From Nanobdellota archaeon (lineage in GTDB: Archaea; Nanobdellota; Nanobdellia; Woesearchaeales; JBHPFW01), in NCBI GenBank assembly GCA_042571645.1, contig JBHPFW010000002.1, forward strand, positions 3,456 to 67,455: a stretch of 64,000 nucleotides of DNA. Reading direction: 5' to 3'. The position numbers and the translations under genes were made by a program. Positions 1 to 10,408 of the stretch are shown here, piece by piece (positions within the stretch are counted from its first letter, which is position 1; the number at the start of each line of letters is the position of its first letter). Under the pieces are notes generated by a model that was not told the origin of the DNA, did not search any database, and was given only the letters and a program-made list of their open reading frames with translations.

Positions 1-761
1 TCCCCCTCAATAACTTTTGGGATTGATTTAAATTCCTGAAATCCTTTTATTTCTGTTCTTGCACCTTCTTTTATTGAGACATTTACATCTTGACGTATGC
101 TGCCTATGCCTCTTTTCATTCCCGGAATACTTCTTAGAATCATGCCTAATTTGGCAGCTACTTCTTTGCATTCTTCTGGAGAAGAAATAGTTGGATCTGT
201 TGCTATTTCTATTAGAGGTATTCCTAGTCTGGATAAATTAAAAACATCTTTAGTTTTGGTTCTTTCAATAACTTGACAGGCTTCTTCTTCCAAACATATT
301 GTGGGGATACCTATCTTTTTCCCATTAACTTCAACATAACCATTTCTTGCTACTAAGCCTGTTCTTTGAAAACCAGAAGTATTTGAGCCGTCTATTACCG
401 TTTTTCTCATAAACTGAAGCTCATCAACCACCTCTGCATTAAGTGCATGAGCAGTTTGAAGACCAATTTTTAGTGCTTCTTTATTTAATTCATGCGGTGG
501 TTCTTCATCTAACTCCACTAAACATGTAGAATCATAATATCCTTGATATACAAAGTTCTTGGCTTTTTGCTGTTCATGCAATGCAGCCTGGTCTACTGCT
601 CCTGATTCTCCAGCAGCTGCTCTTAGCTGGCGTTCAACTGTGAAATCAGGTTTTTCCTTACTAATATCAGTAGGACAGTTGCAGAATAGCTTTTTGCCTT
701 CTAGCTGTTGATGTATCTCTATACCGCATTTAAAGCCCAATTTCTTATAATCTAATGCCAT
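1..761 (-). CDS. gatE: Glu-tRNA(Gln) amidotransferase subunit E, 5' part (runs off window start)
   Basis: Manual translation from CAT at 759-761 gives MALDYKKLGFKCGIEIHQQLEGKKLFCNCP, the GatB/GatE N-terminal signature; directly downstream of gatD. Confidence 0.93.
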   Translation of the reverse strand, partial: MALDYKKLGFKCGIEIHQQLEGKKLFCNCPTDISKEKPDFTVERQLRAAAGESGAVDQAALHEQQKAKNFVYQGYYDSTCLVELDEEPPHELNKEALKIGLQTAHALNAEVVDELQFMRKTVIDGSNTSGFQRTGLVARNGYVEVNGKKIGIPTICLEEEACQVIERTKTKDVFNLSRLGIPLIEIATDPTISSPEECKEVAAKLGMILRSIPGMKRGIGSIRQDVNVSIKEGARTEIKGFQEFKSIPKVIEG

Positions 762-800
762 ATCAGCCTAGAATCAGTGATGGTTTAAATTATTTATGGC

Positions 801-2105
801 TTACAAATGACTTCTGACATCACTACACTCAGAAATCTCTCCTTTCAGATTTGTAGCCATTAATTCCTTGACTTTCTCAGGATTGTTAGGATACTGACCA
901 AGCAACCAAGCTAGCTTGATAAATGCAGTTTCAGTTAGCATATCTTCTCCTGGAATTACACCTGCTTTGAATATTTCAATTGCATCAGTGTATACATGAG
1001 AATGAACTCTTCCAAAGATGCATTGAGAAGTCATTGTCATAACACATTTATTTTTATTCAGAGTTTTAAGAGCTTCAAGATTTTTTAGATTAGGTTTGCA
1101 TAAATCATTTGGTGCTCCAACTGCAATATGGCCTAAGCCTGTTCCTTCTATTATTAGGCCTTTGTAATTTTTATAAAAAAGAATTTCCTCTTCATTTAAA
1201 TCAGGATGCGCTCTTAGTATGCCGACTTTCTCTTCAAATTTATTTTTTATCTCAACTTTATTTCCTTTTCCTTTTTTAGTATAATCTTTTTTATTAAAAG
1301 TAATTTTTTTTGTTTTATAATCAACACTTGCAATAGGCGTATCATTTACTGCCTTGAATGCATCTCTTCTAGAAGTGTGAAGTTTTCTTGTTTTTGTTCC
1401 AGGCAAAATAGCACATTTCAAATCCTCTTCTGTCTCATGCATGCATATTGCGACTCCAGCAAAATCTGTTTTTCCAATAAATTCTGCTGCGCAAATTAAA
1501 TTCATTCCAGCATCACTGCTGCCGCGATCAGAACTTCTTTGTGATCCAACAATTATTACAGGAATATTTAGACTTTCAATAATGAATGATAATGCTGCAG
1601 ATGTGGTTGTCATTGTATCTGTGCCATGGGTTAAAATAATCCCATCAACACCAGAGTCAATTTCCTCTTTAATTGCTTTAGCCATTACAGGATAATGTGA
1701 AAATCTCATGTCTTCAGAAAACATATTGGAAATAAGGCGGCTTTTAATATTAGCTATTTCTGCTAATTCAGGAAACATATTGATGATTTCTTCAGGAGAA
1801 AACATTGCCACAACACCACCAGTCTTATAATCAGCCTTACTAGCAATTGTACCGCCAGTATGCAATATTGCAATTGTTGGAAGTTTTGGATTATTAGCTA
1901 TCTTTCCAGGTTTAGATTCTTTTTCTGCCTTGACTTTTTCAATAACTTTCATTCCTTTAACCTTCTTTTTTTCAATTCCAATATTATAGCCAGAATCCAT
2001 TTTAATAACTACAGAATCAGTTTCCTCATTAGGCATTAATATGCCTGTAACTGTTTCCTTGTCAGTCTTAATCTCAACTTTATCTCCCGGGTTTGCATCA
2101 GCCAT
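801..2105 (-). CDS. gatD: Glu-tRNA(Gln) amidotransferase subunit D
   Basis: N-terminal KLDSGYNIG-type domain (KMDSGYNIG), asparaginase motifs TGGTIAS and HGTDT, GSQRSSDRGSSD; adjacent to gatE. Confidence 0.96.
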   Translation of the reverse strand: MADANPGDKVEIKTDKETVTGILMPNEETDSVVIKMDSGYNIGIEKKKVKGMKVIEKVKAEKESKPGKIANNPKLPTIAILHTGGTIASKADYKTGGVVAMFSPEEIINMFPELAEIANIKSRLISNMFSEDMRFSHYPVMAKAIKEEIDSGVDGIILTHGTDTMTTTSAALSFIIESLNIPVIIVGSQRSSDRGSSDAGMNLICAAEFIGKTDFAGVAICMHETEEDLKCAILPGTKTRKLHTSRRDAFKAVNDTPIASVDYKTKKITFNKKDYTKKGKGNKVEIKNKFEEKVGILRAHPDLNEEEILFYKNYKGLIIEGTGLGHIAVGAPNDLCKPNLKNLEALKTLNKNKCVMTMTSQCIFGRVHSHVYTDAIEIFKAGVIPGEDMLTETAFIKLAWLLGQYPNNPEKVKELMATNLKGEISECSDVRSHL

Positions 2106-2241
2106 ATTAAGCCTTGTTTTTGCTGTATTTATTAAATTTTGGGTCTAGACACTCTAAAACTAAATACTACTTAAAAGTAGTTTCAAAGGGAAAGATTTAA
2201 ATAACAGCGGTATTTAAAGGCTTTCTGGGGGCATTGCGCAA

Positions 2242-3675
2242 ATGAGTCAAGATATCGTAAGTTTAGTTAAAGAAGTTAAAGTTGATGAATTTAATAATTT
2301 CTCAGATCCTACTGTAGCTTATTATTTAGCAAGCAATCTGCAAGGACAACCAAGTGGAACAAATTACAGCACTTTAATTCAAGTATGCGGTTCTGATAAA
2401 GAAACCACTGCAAGAGGAGTTCTATATGAAATGCATAAAAAAGGGATGGTTGCCTATGATCTTCAGCAACATCCACAAGCATTAAGATCTTCAAAAGAAG
2501 CAGAAGAAATATGGGATTATTTTTGTTATGAGATGCATGAAAAGATTTTAAGAAATGATTCCATTGCGAGTGTTGTAAGTGCAGCAAAGCCTGGAAAAGA
2601 AAAACTACAAACAGTCCAAGCTCTCTCTTGGTTGTCTGATAATGGCTGGGTTGATTATGGAGCTTCAAACTCTGAATTTTACTGTCGAAATATTTGTGGC
2701 ACAAAAGGAGTTGTAAACAGAGACAATTTTCTTTCTGTTTTGGAAGGATTAGTTAAAACTGCATCTGATAGATACGCAACAATAAGCATACAAAGCAATT
2801 TGGGTAATGGTAAGATATATGTTTCAAAAGGCAGGATAGCAGCAATAGATTTCGAACATAAACAAGGAAATGGAAAATTTCAAGACAGTGAAGTACTTTC
2901 TAAAATCCTGCCATACACAAAACCTATAAAATACGAAATTGATTTTATCTCAGAAATGCCAGATGATAAATACAGAATGTTGGATGGAGAAATCAATTCT
3001 TTTATTGTATCAGCACGTGAGAGTTTAGGTGAGATTCTCGATGGAAATGCTACTGCAGAATATTTAGGTGAATTTTCGATAATATCAGACAAAACAGAAA
3101 ATCTAAAGAACAAAAATTGTGTTATGGCCTTAGAAAAACTCAGAGAAAGTGGATCTATAATGGGAGTTGTTAAAAGAATTGAGGCCTTAAGAGAACCTAA
3201 GAAAATAGAACAGTCCAAAAAACTTTTCGTGAGGGCTATTTCCAGACTTTTTGAACTTGGCTACATCAGTTATGACATCTCAAATCCGAATTATTATATT
3301 GGAGATTCTTATAGTTGTTCAGGAGATTTAACCAAATGGGATTTTCTCAATTGTTTAGAAAAGATGGTTTCTGGAACTCCAGATAAAACTGCTATTATAG
3401 AAGTACACAGCGGATTCACAAAAGGAGAAATATATGTTTCAAAAGGCAATGTTGTTGGGGTTAATGCTACTACAATAACTGGTGATAAACTTGAAGATGT
3501 TGAGGCCCTATCTCAATTCTTAGCTTCTGCAGATGAACTAGATTATAAACTAAAACTCGCAGCAAAACTCCCTGATGAATCAGTTAGAATTAACTCTGAA
3601 CTGCCTGCTTTCATAGCAGAGGTTAAAACTCAAGCAAGAACAGCCACAGAACAAATTTCTGGTTCTGCAAGATAA
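2242..3675 (+). CDS. Hypothetical protein with two DUF4388-like repeats
   Basis: Two internal repeats (ATISIQSNLGNGKIYVSKGRIAAI / AIIEVHSGFTKGEIYVSKGNVVGV) resemble the DUF4388 G-x-I-Y-x-x-x-G pattern. Confidence 0.55.
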   Translation: MSQDIVSLVKEVKVDEFNNFSDPTVAYYLASNLQGQPSGTNYSTLIQVCGSDKETTARGVLYEMHKKGMVAYDLQQHPQALRSSKEAEEIWDYFCYEMHEKILRNDSIASVVSAAKPGKEKLQTVQALSWLSDNGWVDYGASNSEFYCRNICGTKGVVNRDNFLSVLEGLVKTASDRYATISIQSNLGNGKIYVSKGRIAAIDFEHKQGNGKFQDSEVLSKILPYTKPIKYEIDFISEMPDDKYRMLDGEINSFIVSARESLGEILDGNATAEYLGEFSIISDKTENLKNKNCVMALEKLRESGSIMGVVKRIEALREPKKIEQSKKLFVRAISRLFELGYISYDISNPNYYIGDSYSCSGDLTKWDFLNCLEKMVSGTPDKTAIIEVHSGFTKGEIYVSKGNVVGVNATTITGDKLEDVEALSQFLASADELDYKLKLAAKLPDESVRINSELPAFIAEVKTQARTATEQISGSAR

Positions 3676-3715
3676 CAAAGGTCAGAACAAAAATCAGAAT
3701 TTAGTTACAAATTGC

Positions 3716-4483
3716 TTACAAATCAGTCGGCACATCAATAAAACCAACTTCTAAATAAAATCTTTCCTTAAGTAATTGGGCTAAAGCTTTGACACCATAT
3801 TTTTCAGTTGCATAATGCCCGCCAAAAATGACATTCATGCCAGAATCTTTTGCAATATGATATATTGAATGAGATGGTTCTCCAGTAATAAACAAATCAA
3901 GTTCTTGGTCAATAGCATCCTTTACCTGCCAAGCTGCTCCGCCTGTAACAATGCCCACTGTTCTGATATCTTTCCTGCCAAAGGGCATTGCTTTTATCTT
4001 GTCAAGCTTTAGTTTTTCTTTTATTTCCTGTATTATATCCATTATATTTTTCTCATGCTCGAACTCTCCTTTTACTCCAACAAGTTCTCCATGATACTCC
4101 CCAAAATCACTTAAGCTCTTCAAGCCTAAATCCTGGGCAAACTGAGCAGCATTTCCATAAACCTCATGCTTATCCAAAGGTAAATGAACTGCATATAATG
4201 CAATATTATTTTTTATCAGAAAACTAATTCTTTTATGAGTATAACCAACAATTGGCTCTGGCTTCTCCCAGAACAAACCATGGTGTACAATTAATATTTC
4301 GCAATTTGCATCTTTTGCTCGTTCAAAAGTCTCCAAACTTGCATCCACAGCAAAACCAATTCTGCGTATTTCTTCAGCATCATCTTCTCTGCTGACTTGC
4401 AAACCATTTACAGAATTATCCTTTATTTTATCTATGTTCAAAGTTTCATTAAGATAATTTACAATTTGTTTTTGAGAAACCAT
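3716..4483 (-). CDS. Nif3-like dinuclear metal centre protein
   Basis: NGLQV, GFAVDAS, HHGLFW, HLPLDKH, TGE, GHYATE motifs. Confidence 0.93.
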   Translation of the reverse strand: MVSQKQIVNYLNETLNIDKIKDNSVNGLQVSREDDAEEIRRIGFAVDASLETFERAKDANCEILIVHHGLFWEKPEPIVGYTHKRISFLIKNNIALYAVHLPLDKHEVYGNAAQFAQDLGLKSLSDFGEYHGELVGVKGEFEHEKNIMDIIQEIKEKLKLDKIKAMPFGRKDIRTVGIVTGGAAWQVKDAIDQELDLFITGEPSHSIYHIAKDSGMNVIFGGHYATEKYGVKALAQLLKERFYLEVGFIDVPTDL

Positions 4484-4505
4484 TAATTAACACTCTCTTT
4501 TTAGT

Positions 4506-7178
4506 TTATCCAAAGTATAGTGGCTTTTCTTTCTTGAATTCTTCCCCACGAGCAGATTTCATGGTATTTTTAAGATTTTTATATGCATCTTCGATATCTT
4601 TTGTTACAGAAGGCCCCACTTCTTTTAATGCAGATTCAAAATCTCCCATTGTGACTTGTTTTGCAGACATATCTTTTCTAAGTGCATTGATTGCAGCTTC
4701 TCTGCATACTGCCTCTATATCTGCGCCAACATATCCTTCTGTTTTTTTAGCTAATTCATCAACAGAAACATCTTTAATAGGCATTTCACCTATGTGAACA
4801 TTAAATACTTCTTTTCTTGTTTTTTCATCAGGAATTCCAATAGGAATTAATCTGTCAAATCTTCCTGGGCGGAGTAAAGCAGTATCTATTATGTCTGGTC
4901 TGTTAGTTGCAGCTATAACAACAACATCCTGCATCTCTTCTAAGCCGTCTATTTCTGTGAGCATCTGGTTAACTACTCTTTCTGTGACTTTGCTGTCAGA
5001 AGTTGCTCCACGTCTTGGTGCAATAGAATCAATTTCATCAAAGAATACAATACTAGGAGAAACTTGTCTTGCTTTTTCAAATATTTTTCTTACAGCTTTT
5101 TCTGATTCACCAACCCATTTGCTCAACATTTCCGGGCCTTTAACAAGAATGAAATTAGCTTGTGATTCATTTGCTACTGCTTTAGCTAGTAGTGTTTTTC
5201 CTGTTCCTGGCGGCCCATAAAGTAATATGCCTTTTGGCGGTTTTACACCAAGTCTTGAGAATGCTTCTGGATTTTTCAATGGCCATTCAACAGCTTCTTT
5301 AAGATTTTGCTTAGCATCTTCTAAGCCTCCAACATCATCCCAGCTTAGTTTTGGAATCTCAACAAGCACTTCTCTCATTGCAGAAGGCCTAACAACCTTC
5401 AATGCATCAAAAAAATCTTTTTTTGCGATAGTGAGTTTCTCAAGCATCTCTCTTGATATTGATTCTTCTGATTCCAATTTTAATTCAGGCAATACTCTTC
5501 TCAACACGATCATTGCTGCTTCTTTTGCTAAACTGGAAAGATCTGCTCCTACAAAACCATAAGTGACCTCAGAGATTTCTTTTAGTATTATTTCCTTTAC
5601 AATTGTTGAGATTTTATCGCTAATGTTCTTTTCATCAACAAGCTCCTTTAATTTATCCTTGACTGGGTAATTAAGTTCTCCCCCATTAAGTTCAACTTGA
5701 CCTTCTTCTTTTATTATGGAGTTCGATCTTATTGTGTTTGTTATGTCTTCTGATATCTTTTCAATGCATTTGCTCAAGAAATCTTGTTTGCTGCTATTAA
5801 CACCTTTTGGTAACAAGGCCTCAAGATAAGTAGTGATTTCTTTTTGTGTTCCTTCAAGATGGTTATCTTGAGGTTTGTGTTTTTTTAGAACAAGCTCAAT
5901 CAGTTTTGTACTATCAACTTGCTGAAGTAAATCAGAAATTTGTTTTTTTATTTCATCTTCTTTTAACCGCGGATCTATGGATGAAGGGTCCCTGTTTATA
6001 GGCATATTTCTCGTATGAATTTTTAGTATCTTTAGTCTGCCTTCTGTTCTTGGAACGCCAATATCAATTTCTCTGTCAAATCTTCCAGGCCGTCTTAATG
6101 CTGGATCTAAAAGATTTGGTACATTTGATGCTGCAATAACTACAACTTTTCCTCTGCTTTTTAATCCATCCATCAATGCAAGTAATTGCGCAACAACTCT
6201 TCTTTCAACTTCTCCTTTAACTTCTTCTCTTTTGATTGCAATAGCATCTATTTCATCGATGAATATTATTGAAGGTGCATTCTTTTCAGCATCCTCAAAA
6301 ATCTTTCTTAAATTCTCTTCAGACTGACCATAATATTTACTCATTATTTCAGGACCATTAATCACAACAAAATTAGAGTTAGTTTCAGTTGCAACTGCTT
6401 TAGCAAGAAGAGTTTTTCCAGTACCTGGCGGACCATGCAGTAATACTCCTTTTGGTGCGTCTATTCCTAATCTTTCAAATATCTCAGGATGTTTTAAAGG
6501 CAGTTCAACCATTTCTCTGACCTTTTTAATTTCCTCATCTAACCCGCCAATATCTTCATAGCTGACATCGGGAAGAGCAGATTCCTCTTTTACTTCAGTT
6601 GCTTCTGGTTTGAAAATAACTTCTGTAACTTCTGTAACTATAACTGATTGTTTAGGCTCAGCATCAACTACTATAAACTTCATCTCACCAAACCCGAAGT
6701 TCATTATGTTGTCATCTAACATATTAAATACATCATCAAAAAAGGGATTTCCGCTAGTTGTGGTTCTTCTTCTCTTTGAACCACCTAAACTCACTATATC
6801 TCCTTTAATTAAAGCTCTGCCTAATAAGCCTTGTTTGAAAAGAGATGGAGGTGCTTTGATAAAAACTCCTTTTTTAGCAGGTGCTATTGTGATTTTCTTT
6901 GCTTCCTTAACTTCTGCCCTTTTTATCTTTACTATCTCACCAATACCTGTTTTAGCATTTCTTCTTATAACTCCATCCATCCTTATTATGTTAAGACCTA
7001 TATCTCCTGGATATGCTCTGTCTACCATTGCTACAGTAGGTCTCTCGCCAGTAATCTCAACAATGTCTCCCGGCCTTACATCTATGTTCTGCATAATAGA
7101 AGTATCTATCCTTACAATTCCTTTGTTGACATCATCCTGTATTGCTTCAGCAACTTTAAGTGAGATTTCTTTTGTCAT
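4506..7178 (-). CDS. cdc48: CDC48/VCP family AAA+ ATPase with a ~130-aa insertion in D1; likely start MTKEISL at 7178
   Basis: N domain plus two AAA modules (GPPGTGKT twice, DEIDAI/DEIDSI, RPGRFDR). Confidence 0.96.
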   Translation of the reverse strand: MTKEISLKVAEAIQDDVNKGIVRIDTSIMQNIDVRPGDIVEITGERPTVAMVDRAYPGDIGLNIIRMDGVIRRNAKTGIGEIVKIKRAEVKEAKKITIAPAKKGVFIKAPPSLFKQGLLGRALIKGDIVSLGGSKRRRTTTSGNPFFDDVFNMLDDNIMNFGFGEMKFIVVDAEPKQSVIVTEVTEVIFKPEATEVKEESALPDVSYEDIGGLDEEIKKVREMVELPLKHPEIFERLGIDAPKGVLLHGPPGTGKTLLAKAVATETNSNFVVINGPEIMSKYYGQSEENLRKIFEDAEKNAPSIIFIDEIDAIAIKREEVKGEVERRVVAQLLALMDGLKSRGKVVVIAASNVPNLLDPALRRPGRFDREIDIGVPRTEGRLKILKIHTRNMPINRDPSSIDPRLKEDEIKKQISDLLQQVDSTKLIELVLKKHKPQDNHLEGTQKEITTYLEALLPKGVNSSKQDFLSKCIEKISEDITNTIRSNSIIKEEGQVELNGGELNYPVKDKLKELVDEKNISDKISTIVKEIILKEISEVTYGFVGADLSSLAKEAAMIVLRRVLPELKLESEESISREMLEKLTIAKKDFFDALKVVRPSAMREVLVEIPKLSWDDVGGLEDAKQNLKEAVEWPLKNPEAFSRLGVKPPKGILLYGPPGTGKTLLAKAVANESQANFILVKGPEMLSKWVGESEKAVRKIFEKARQVSPSIVFFDEIDSIAPRRGATSDSKVTERVVNQMLTEIDGLEEMQDVVVIAATNRPDIIDTALLRPGRFDRLIPIGIPDEKTRKEVFNVHIGEMPIKDVSVDELAKKTEGYVGADIEAVCREAAINALRKDMSAKQVTMGDFESALKEVGPSVTKDIEDAYKNLKNTMKSARGEEFKKEKPLYFG

Positions 7179-7278
7179 TTTTTCAATATGATCTTCTCTG
7201 CCTGATTTATATACATACAATATAAGCTATTAAAAATATTTCGGTAGTTTAAGCCAATAAAACAGAATTTGCAATGAT

Positions 7279-7692
7279 TTATTGTTTCTTAGGGCTTATT
7301 TTTGGCATTGGTACAGGGGGAGGCAATCCTAGCTTATCGCTCATGATTAATGACTGTATATTACACCTTACAAGGATTGCATTAAGCAAGGGCAGAGAAT
7401 CTGCTTTGTTAATATTCTTGTTTTTCTTCCAATGATCTAATATTTTTTTGGCATCCTCAGGCTTTTCTAAAGCCAAAATATTGCCTTTTATCTCAATTTC
7501 GCCTATTTTAGGCTCATAAATTGATTTATAAGTGAAATCATACTTTATTCCTTCGTCTTTTGTGTTACCAAAGCTTAATTTAGCTTTTGAAGCATCAGTT
7601 ATTATCACATTATTATTTATCTTGATATTCCCTCTTGAAGGAGTTTTCTTTTCTGCTGTTATCTTAGTTATATTGACACCCAATATTGCCAT
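7279..7692 (-). CDS. Conserved archaeal hypothetical protein, possibly SecB-like fold
   Basis: 137-aa ORF with host-like composition; fold guess from the beta-rich pattern only. Confidence 0.5.
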   Translation of the reverse strand: MAILGVNITKITAEKKTPSRGNIKINNNVIITDASKAKLSFGNTKDEGIKYDFTYKSIYEPKIGEIEIKGNILALEKPEDAKKILDHWKKNKNINKADSLPLLNAILVRCNIQSLIMSDKLGLPPPVPMPKISPKKQ

Positions 7693-7777
7693 TTTATACC
7701 ACCCTTAAATTGAATATTATAGATATTTGATGGTTTTTAGAAGTACTGGACAGTATATAAATGTTTTGTTGAGGTTT

Positions 7778-9004
7778 TTAAGTGTCCCTTGATTTTACAG
7801 CAGTAATCCTTGGCTTTTCTAGATCATACAAATCTGTGCTAAAGACATAAGCACCTATATTTAGAAATATTAGTGATTGGTGTGTTTTTATTTCTGGCAG
7901 AAAAACTTTATCTCGAAATATATCTATCGGATCTAATGTGCATCCTCTTATATGATGGCTTTTTTTCTCTTTATTCTCTTCAGCCATTATTTTTGTTGGA
8001 ATAACCGGAAGTTCTATACCTGCCAGCATAGTATCAACACTAGAGATATATGTTGAAGTATTTAATATTATTATCTTATTCTCTTCATTGCCTTTTTTTT
8101 CTACAAGAACTTTTGTTAACAACACAAAAGCATCTGCTGCAATGCTTCTGCCGGGTTCAATTATTACTGTGGTTTCGGGGAAGTCTCTTTTTATTTGTGT
8201 TAATTCTGTTTCCCAAGCAGAATAAATTTCTTTAATAGACGGCGCTTCTTTAATATAAGTAGAAGGGAATCCTCCGCCGAGATCAAGATATTGAAGATCA
8301 ATATCTCTTTTTTTTAATTCAACTAGAAAGACACTTATCTCTTCCAGATTCTCCTGCCAGCTATTAATGTCTATGTTTTGTGTTCTGAGGTGATTGTGAA
8401 TTCCTTTTAGGTTAATGTGCGGCATCCATTCAAGCTCTTCCAAAGCAGTTTTGAACTCATCAAGATTCAGGCCTAAATCAATTGAAGTTCCATAAGCAGA
8501 ATTTTTTGGCACAATACTTGTTTTTACTCTAAGCAAAACATTTGCCTTTGTTTTTACTTTTTCTGCACACCTATTTAGAAGTTTAAGTTGCTCTAATGAT
8601 TCAATAACAATAAAACCAATTTTTTCCTCTGCAACCTTTGTTGCTTCTTTTTCAGACATTGCAGGATTATTGTATATTACATCACCATATTCTTTGAATG
8701 CGATTATTTTTGCAAGCTCGTTTAATGAGCTAACAACAAATGTGCATTTATTTTTTGAGATAATATCCAATACAGATTTTGTTCTGTTGGTCTTAACAGG
8801 ATAAGCTATAATTGTCTCTTCCCCGAACTGGGTTCTGAATTTGTCTATATTCTGCTTTAGCTTGTTTGGGCTGAAAATAAATAATGGCTCATCAATTGTT
8901 TTGCCTAACTCATGCAGATTTAAGCTGTCAAATTCAAGCTCATTATGGCTGTTAAATGCCAATAAGGACTCTGGATTTTCTATTATATTAAGTGCTGATT
9001 CCAT
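7778..9004 (-). CDS. PLP-dependent fold-type III decarboxylase (Orn/DAP/Arg decarboxylase family); likely start MESALN at 9004
   Basis: YPVKTN (PLP lysine), LDLGGGF, IEPGRSI, GAY. The ORF-track start at 9070 lies inside a repeat element. Confidence 0.85.
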   Translation of the reverse strand: MESALNIIENPESLLAFNSHNELEFDSLNLHELGKTIDEPLFIFSPNKLKQNIDKFRTQFGEETIIAYPVKTNRTKSVLDIISKNKCTFVVSSLNELAKIIAFKEYGDVIYNNPAMSEKEATKVAEEKIGFIVIESLEQLKLLNRCAEKVKTKANVLLRVKTSIVPKNSAYGTSIDLGLNLDEFKTALEELEWMPHINLKGIHNHLRTQNIDINSWQENLEEISVFLVELKKRDIDLQYLDLGGGFPSTYIKEAPSIKEIYSAWETELTQIKRDFPETTVIIEPGRSIAADAFVLLTKVLVEKKGNEENKIIILNTSTYISSVDTMLAGIELPVIPTKIMAEENKEKKSHHIRGCTLDPIDIFRDKVFLPEIKTHQSLIFLNIGAYVFSTDLYDLEKPRITAVKSRDT

Positions 9005-9060
9005 AGGTTTAGGGGGTTCTAAGGCAGTATATAAAGGTTTGGGGGTTTTAATAAAAGGAA

Positions 9061-9169
9061 TTAAAGCCACCAGTGCCTAGAGTGCCTTTGTTTTTAGTCT
9101 GGTTTTGCATCCCCCTCATGATTGCGAGATGCGACAACACTTGCTTGGCACTCGCCCTGGTGGCTTTAA
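9061..9169 (+). repeat. Dispersed structured intergenic element, family A, copy 1
   Basis: 13-bp terminal inverted repeat TTAAAGCCACCAG/CTGGTGGCTTTAA; core GCCTAGAGTGC...CATGATTGCGAGATGC...TTGGCACTCGCCCTGG shared with five other loci. Confidence 0.92.
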
Positions 9170-9213
9170 TATTTACACAAATCTTATATAAAGAAAATAA
9201 TTAAGAATTAATC

Positions 9214-9438
9214 ATGCCAAAAAAGAACCCTACAAAAAGAAAGAAAAAAGCAGCCAAGAAAAAGATTGCTAAACTGAAGAAAATTATTAAGAAAAGAATA
9301 TCTAAAAAGGAAAAAATCCGCCAAAAGAAATTAAAAAAGAAATTCATAATATGGCTGGTTGTGGTTAAGGGCATTATACTAATAGCTGTACTTATTCTGT
9401 TTTATCTGTTTGTGAGAAAATTGATGGGCCTTCTTTGA
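9214..9438 (+). CDS. Small lysine-rich protein with a C-terminal transmembrane helix
   Basis: Highly basic N-terminus followed by one hydrophobic segment; TATA-like TTATATAAA upstream. Confidence 0.6.
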   Translation: MPKKNPTKRKKKAAKKKIAKLKKIIKKRISKKEKIRQKKLKKKFIIWLVVVKGIILIAVLILFYLFVRKLMGLL

Positions 9439-9444
9439 TCAGAT

Positions 9445-10368
9445 CTATTTCTCAAGCATCACTGCAGCAAGCAAAGGAAAAACAATTGTAACATCACTAT
9501 GAACTGTTACTGCTTTTGCATTTTCATTAACTTTTCCCCAGGATTTTGCTTCAGAAGTTGTAGCTCCACTCAAAGAACCTGTGTAAGGACTTGAAGTTTT
9601 TACATAAATACAATAATCAAATCCTTCTCTCATTAAATTTGCAATAATCGCATGATGTTTTGGAGTAGCACCACCCAGTATAATTCCAGCAGTTTTTTCT
9701 GCATTAGCTGCTTGGTCGATAATATTCTTGAAATCTTTTACAATGCTTACTTCAAAATCTTGGTGTTTTTGCTGGAAAAACATTAATTGCATTCCAAATG
9801 CTCCATCTGTTAATGCTGGACAGAAAATTGGCACATTATTTTTTGCAGCCTGCCATAATATGGAGTTAGAGTCTTCTTTCATGTTTTCTCCAACAAATTT
9901 TATCAGCTCAGATGGGAGCCAGGTCTTTTTTTGTGCATATGCTTTTTCTAATATCTTAGGCATTTCATCTTCTAGGTAAGTATATCTGTCATTTGGTACA
10001 TAAACATTTCCCATTCTATTAATTCCTTTCTTACCTAATTCCGTATCTTTTTCTTCATCAAAACTTCCCTGAAGATATGGTTTGTTGGATTTAATAAAAT
10101 CTTCATCAATTGTACCAGAACTTGTGCTGATAACATTAACCAGCCCTTCTTTAATGAGCTGTGCAATCAACCCTCTTAATCCAGAAGCTGCAATATTTGA
10201 AGTAAAACTCAGAAAAACTTTAGCTTTAGCTTTCTTCATTGCTCTAATTACATCTGCTGCTCGGCCTATTTGTTGTGCTTGAAACCCAGAGTCTTTAAGC
10301 TTAGCCAATAGGTCTTTCACAGTAATATTCTCATCCAGATCAAAGTCTATAATTGGTTTATCTGTCAT
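9445..10368 (-). CDS. dys: Deoxyhypusine synthase
   Basis: FTSNIAASGLR, GINRMGNVYVPN, PALTDG, GGATPKHH, GSLSGA, EAKSWGK (catalytic Lys retained). Confidence 0.93.
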   Translation of the reverse strand: MTDKPIIDFDLDENITVKDLLAKLKDSGFQAQQIGRAADVIRAMKKAKAKVFLSFTSNIAASGLRGLIAQLIKEGLVNVISTSSGTIDEDFIKSNKPYLQGSFDEEKDTELGKKGINRMGNVYVPNDRYTYLEDEMPKILEKAYAQKKTWLPSELIKFVGENMKEDSNSILWQAAKNNVPIFCPALTDGAFGMQLMFFQQKHQDFEVSIVKDFKNIIDQAANAEKTAGIILGGATPKHHAIIANLMREGFDYCIYVKTSSPYTGSLSGATTSEAKSWGKVNENAKAVTVHSDVTIVFPLLAAVMLEK

Positions 10369-10408
10369 ATTTAAGGGGAATGAGAATGGGTTTTTAAAAG
10401 TAATGGTA

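Noticed and set aside
5600-5990. CDC48 insertion as an intein
   Set aside because: No N-terminal Cys/Ser block, no terminal His-Asn, no endonuclease motif.
4534-7191. Long antisense ORFs over cdc48 (and similar ones over other genes)
   Set aside because: Shadow frames of well-supported genes on the opposite strand, with no independent motifs.
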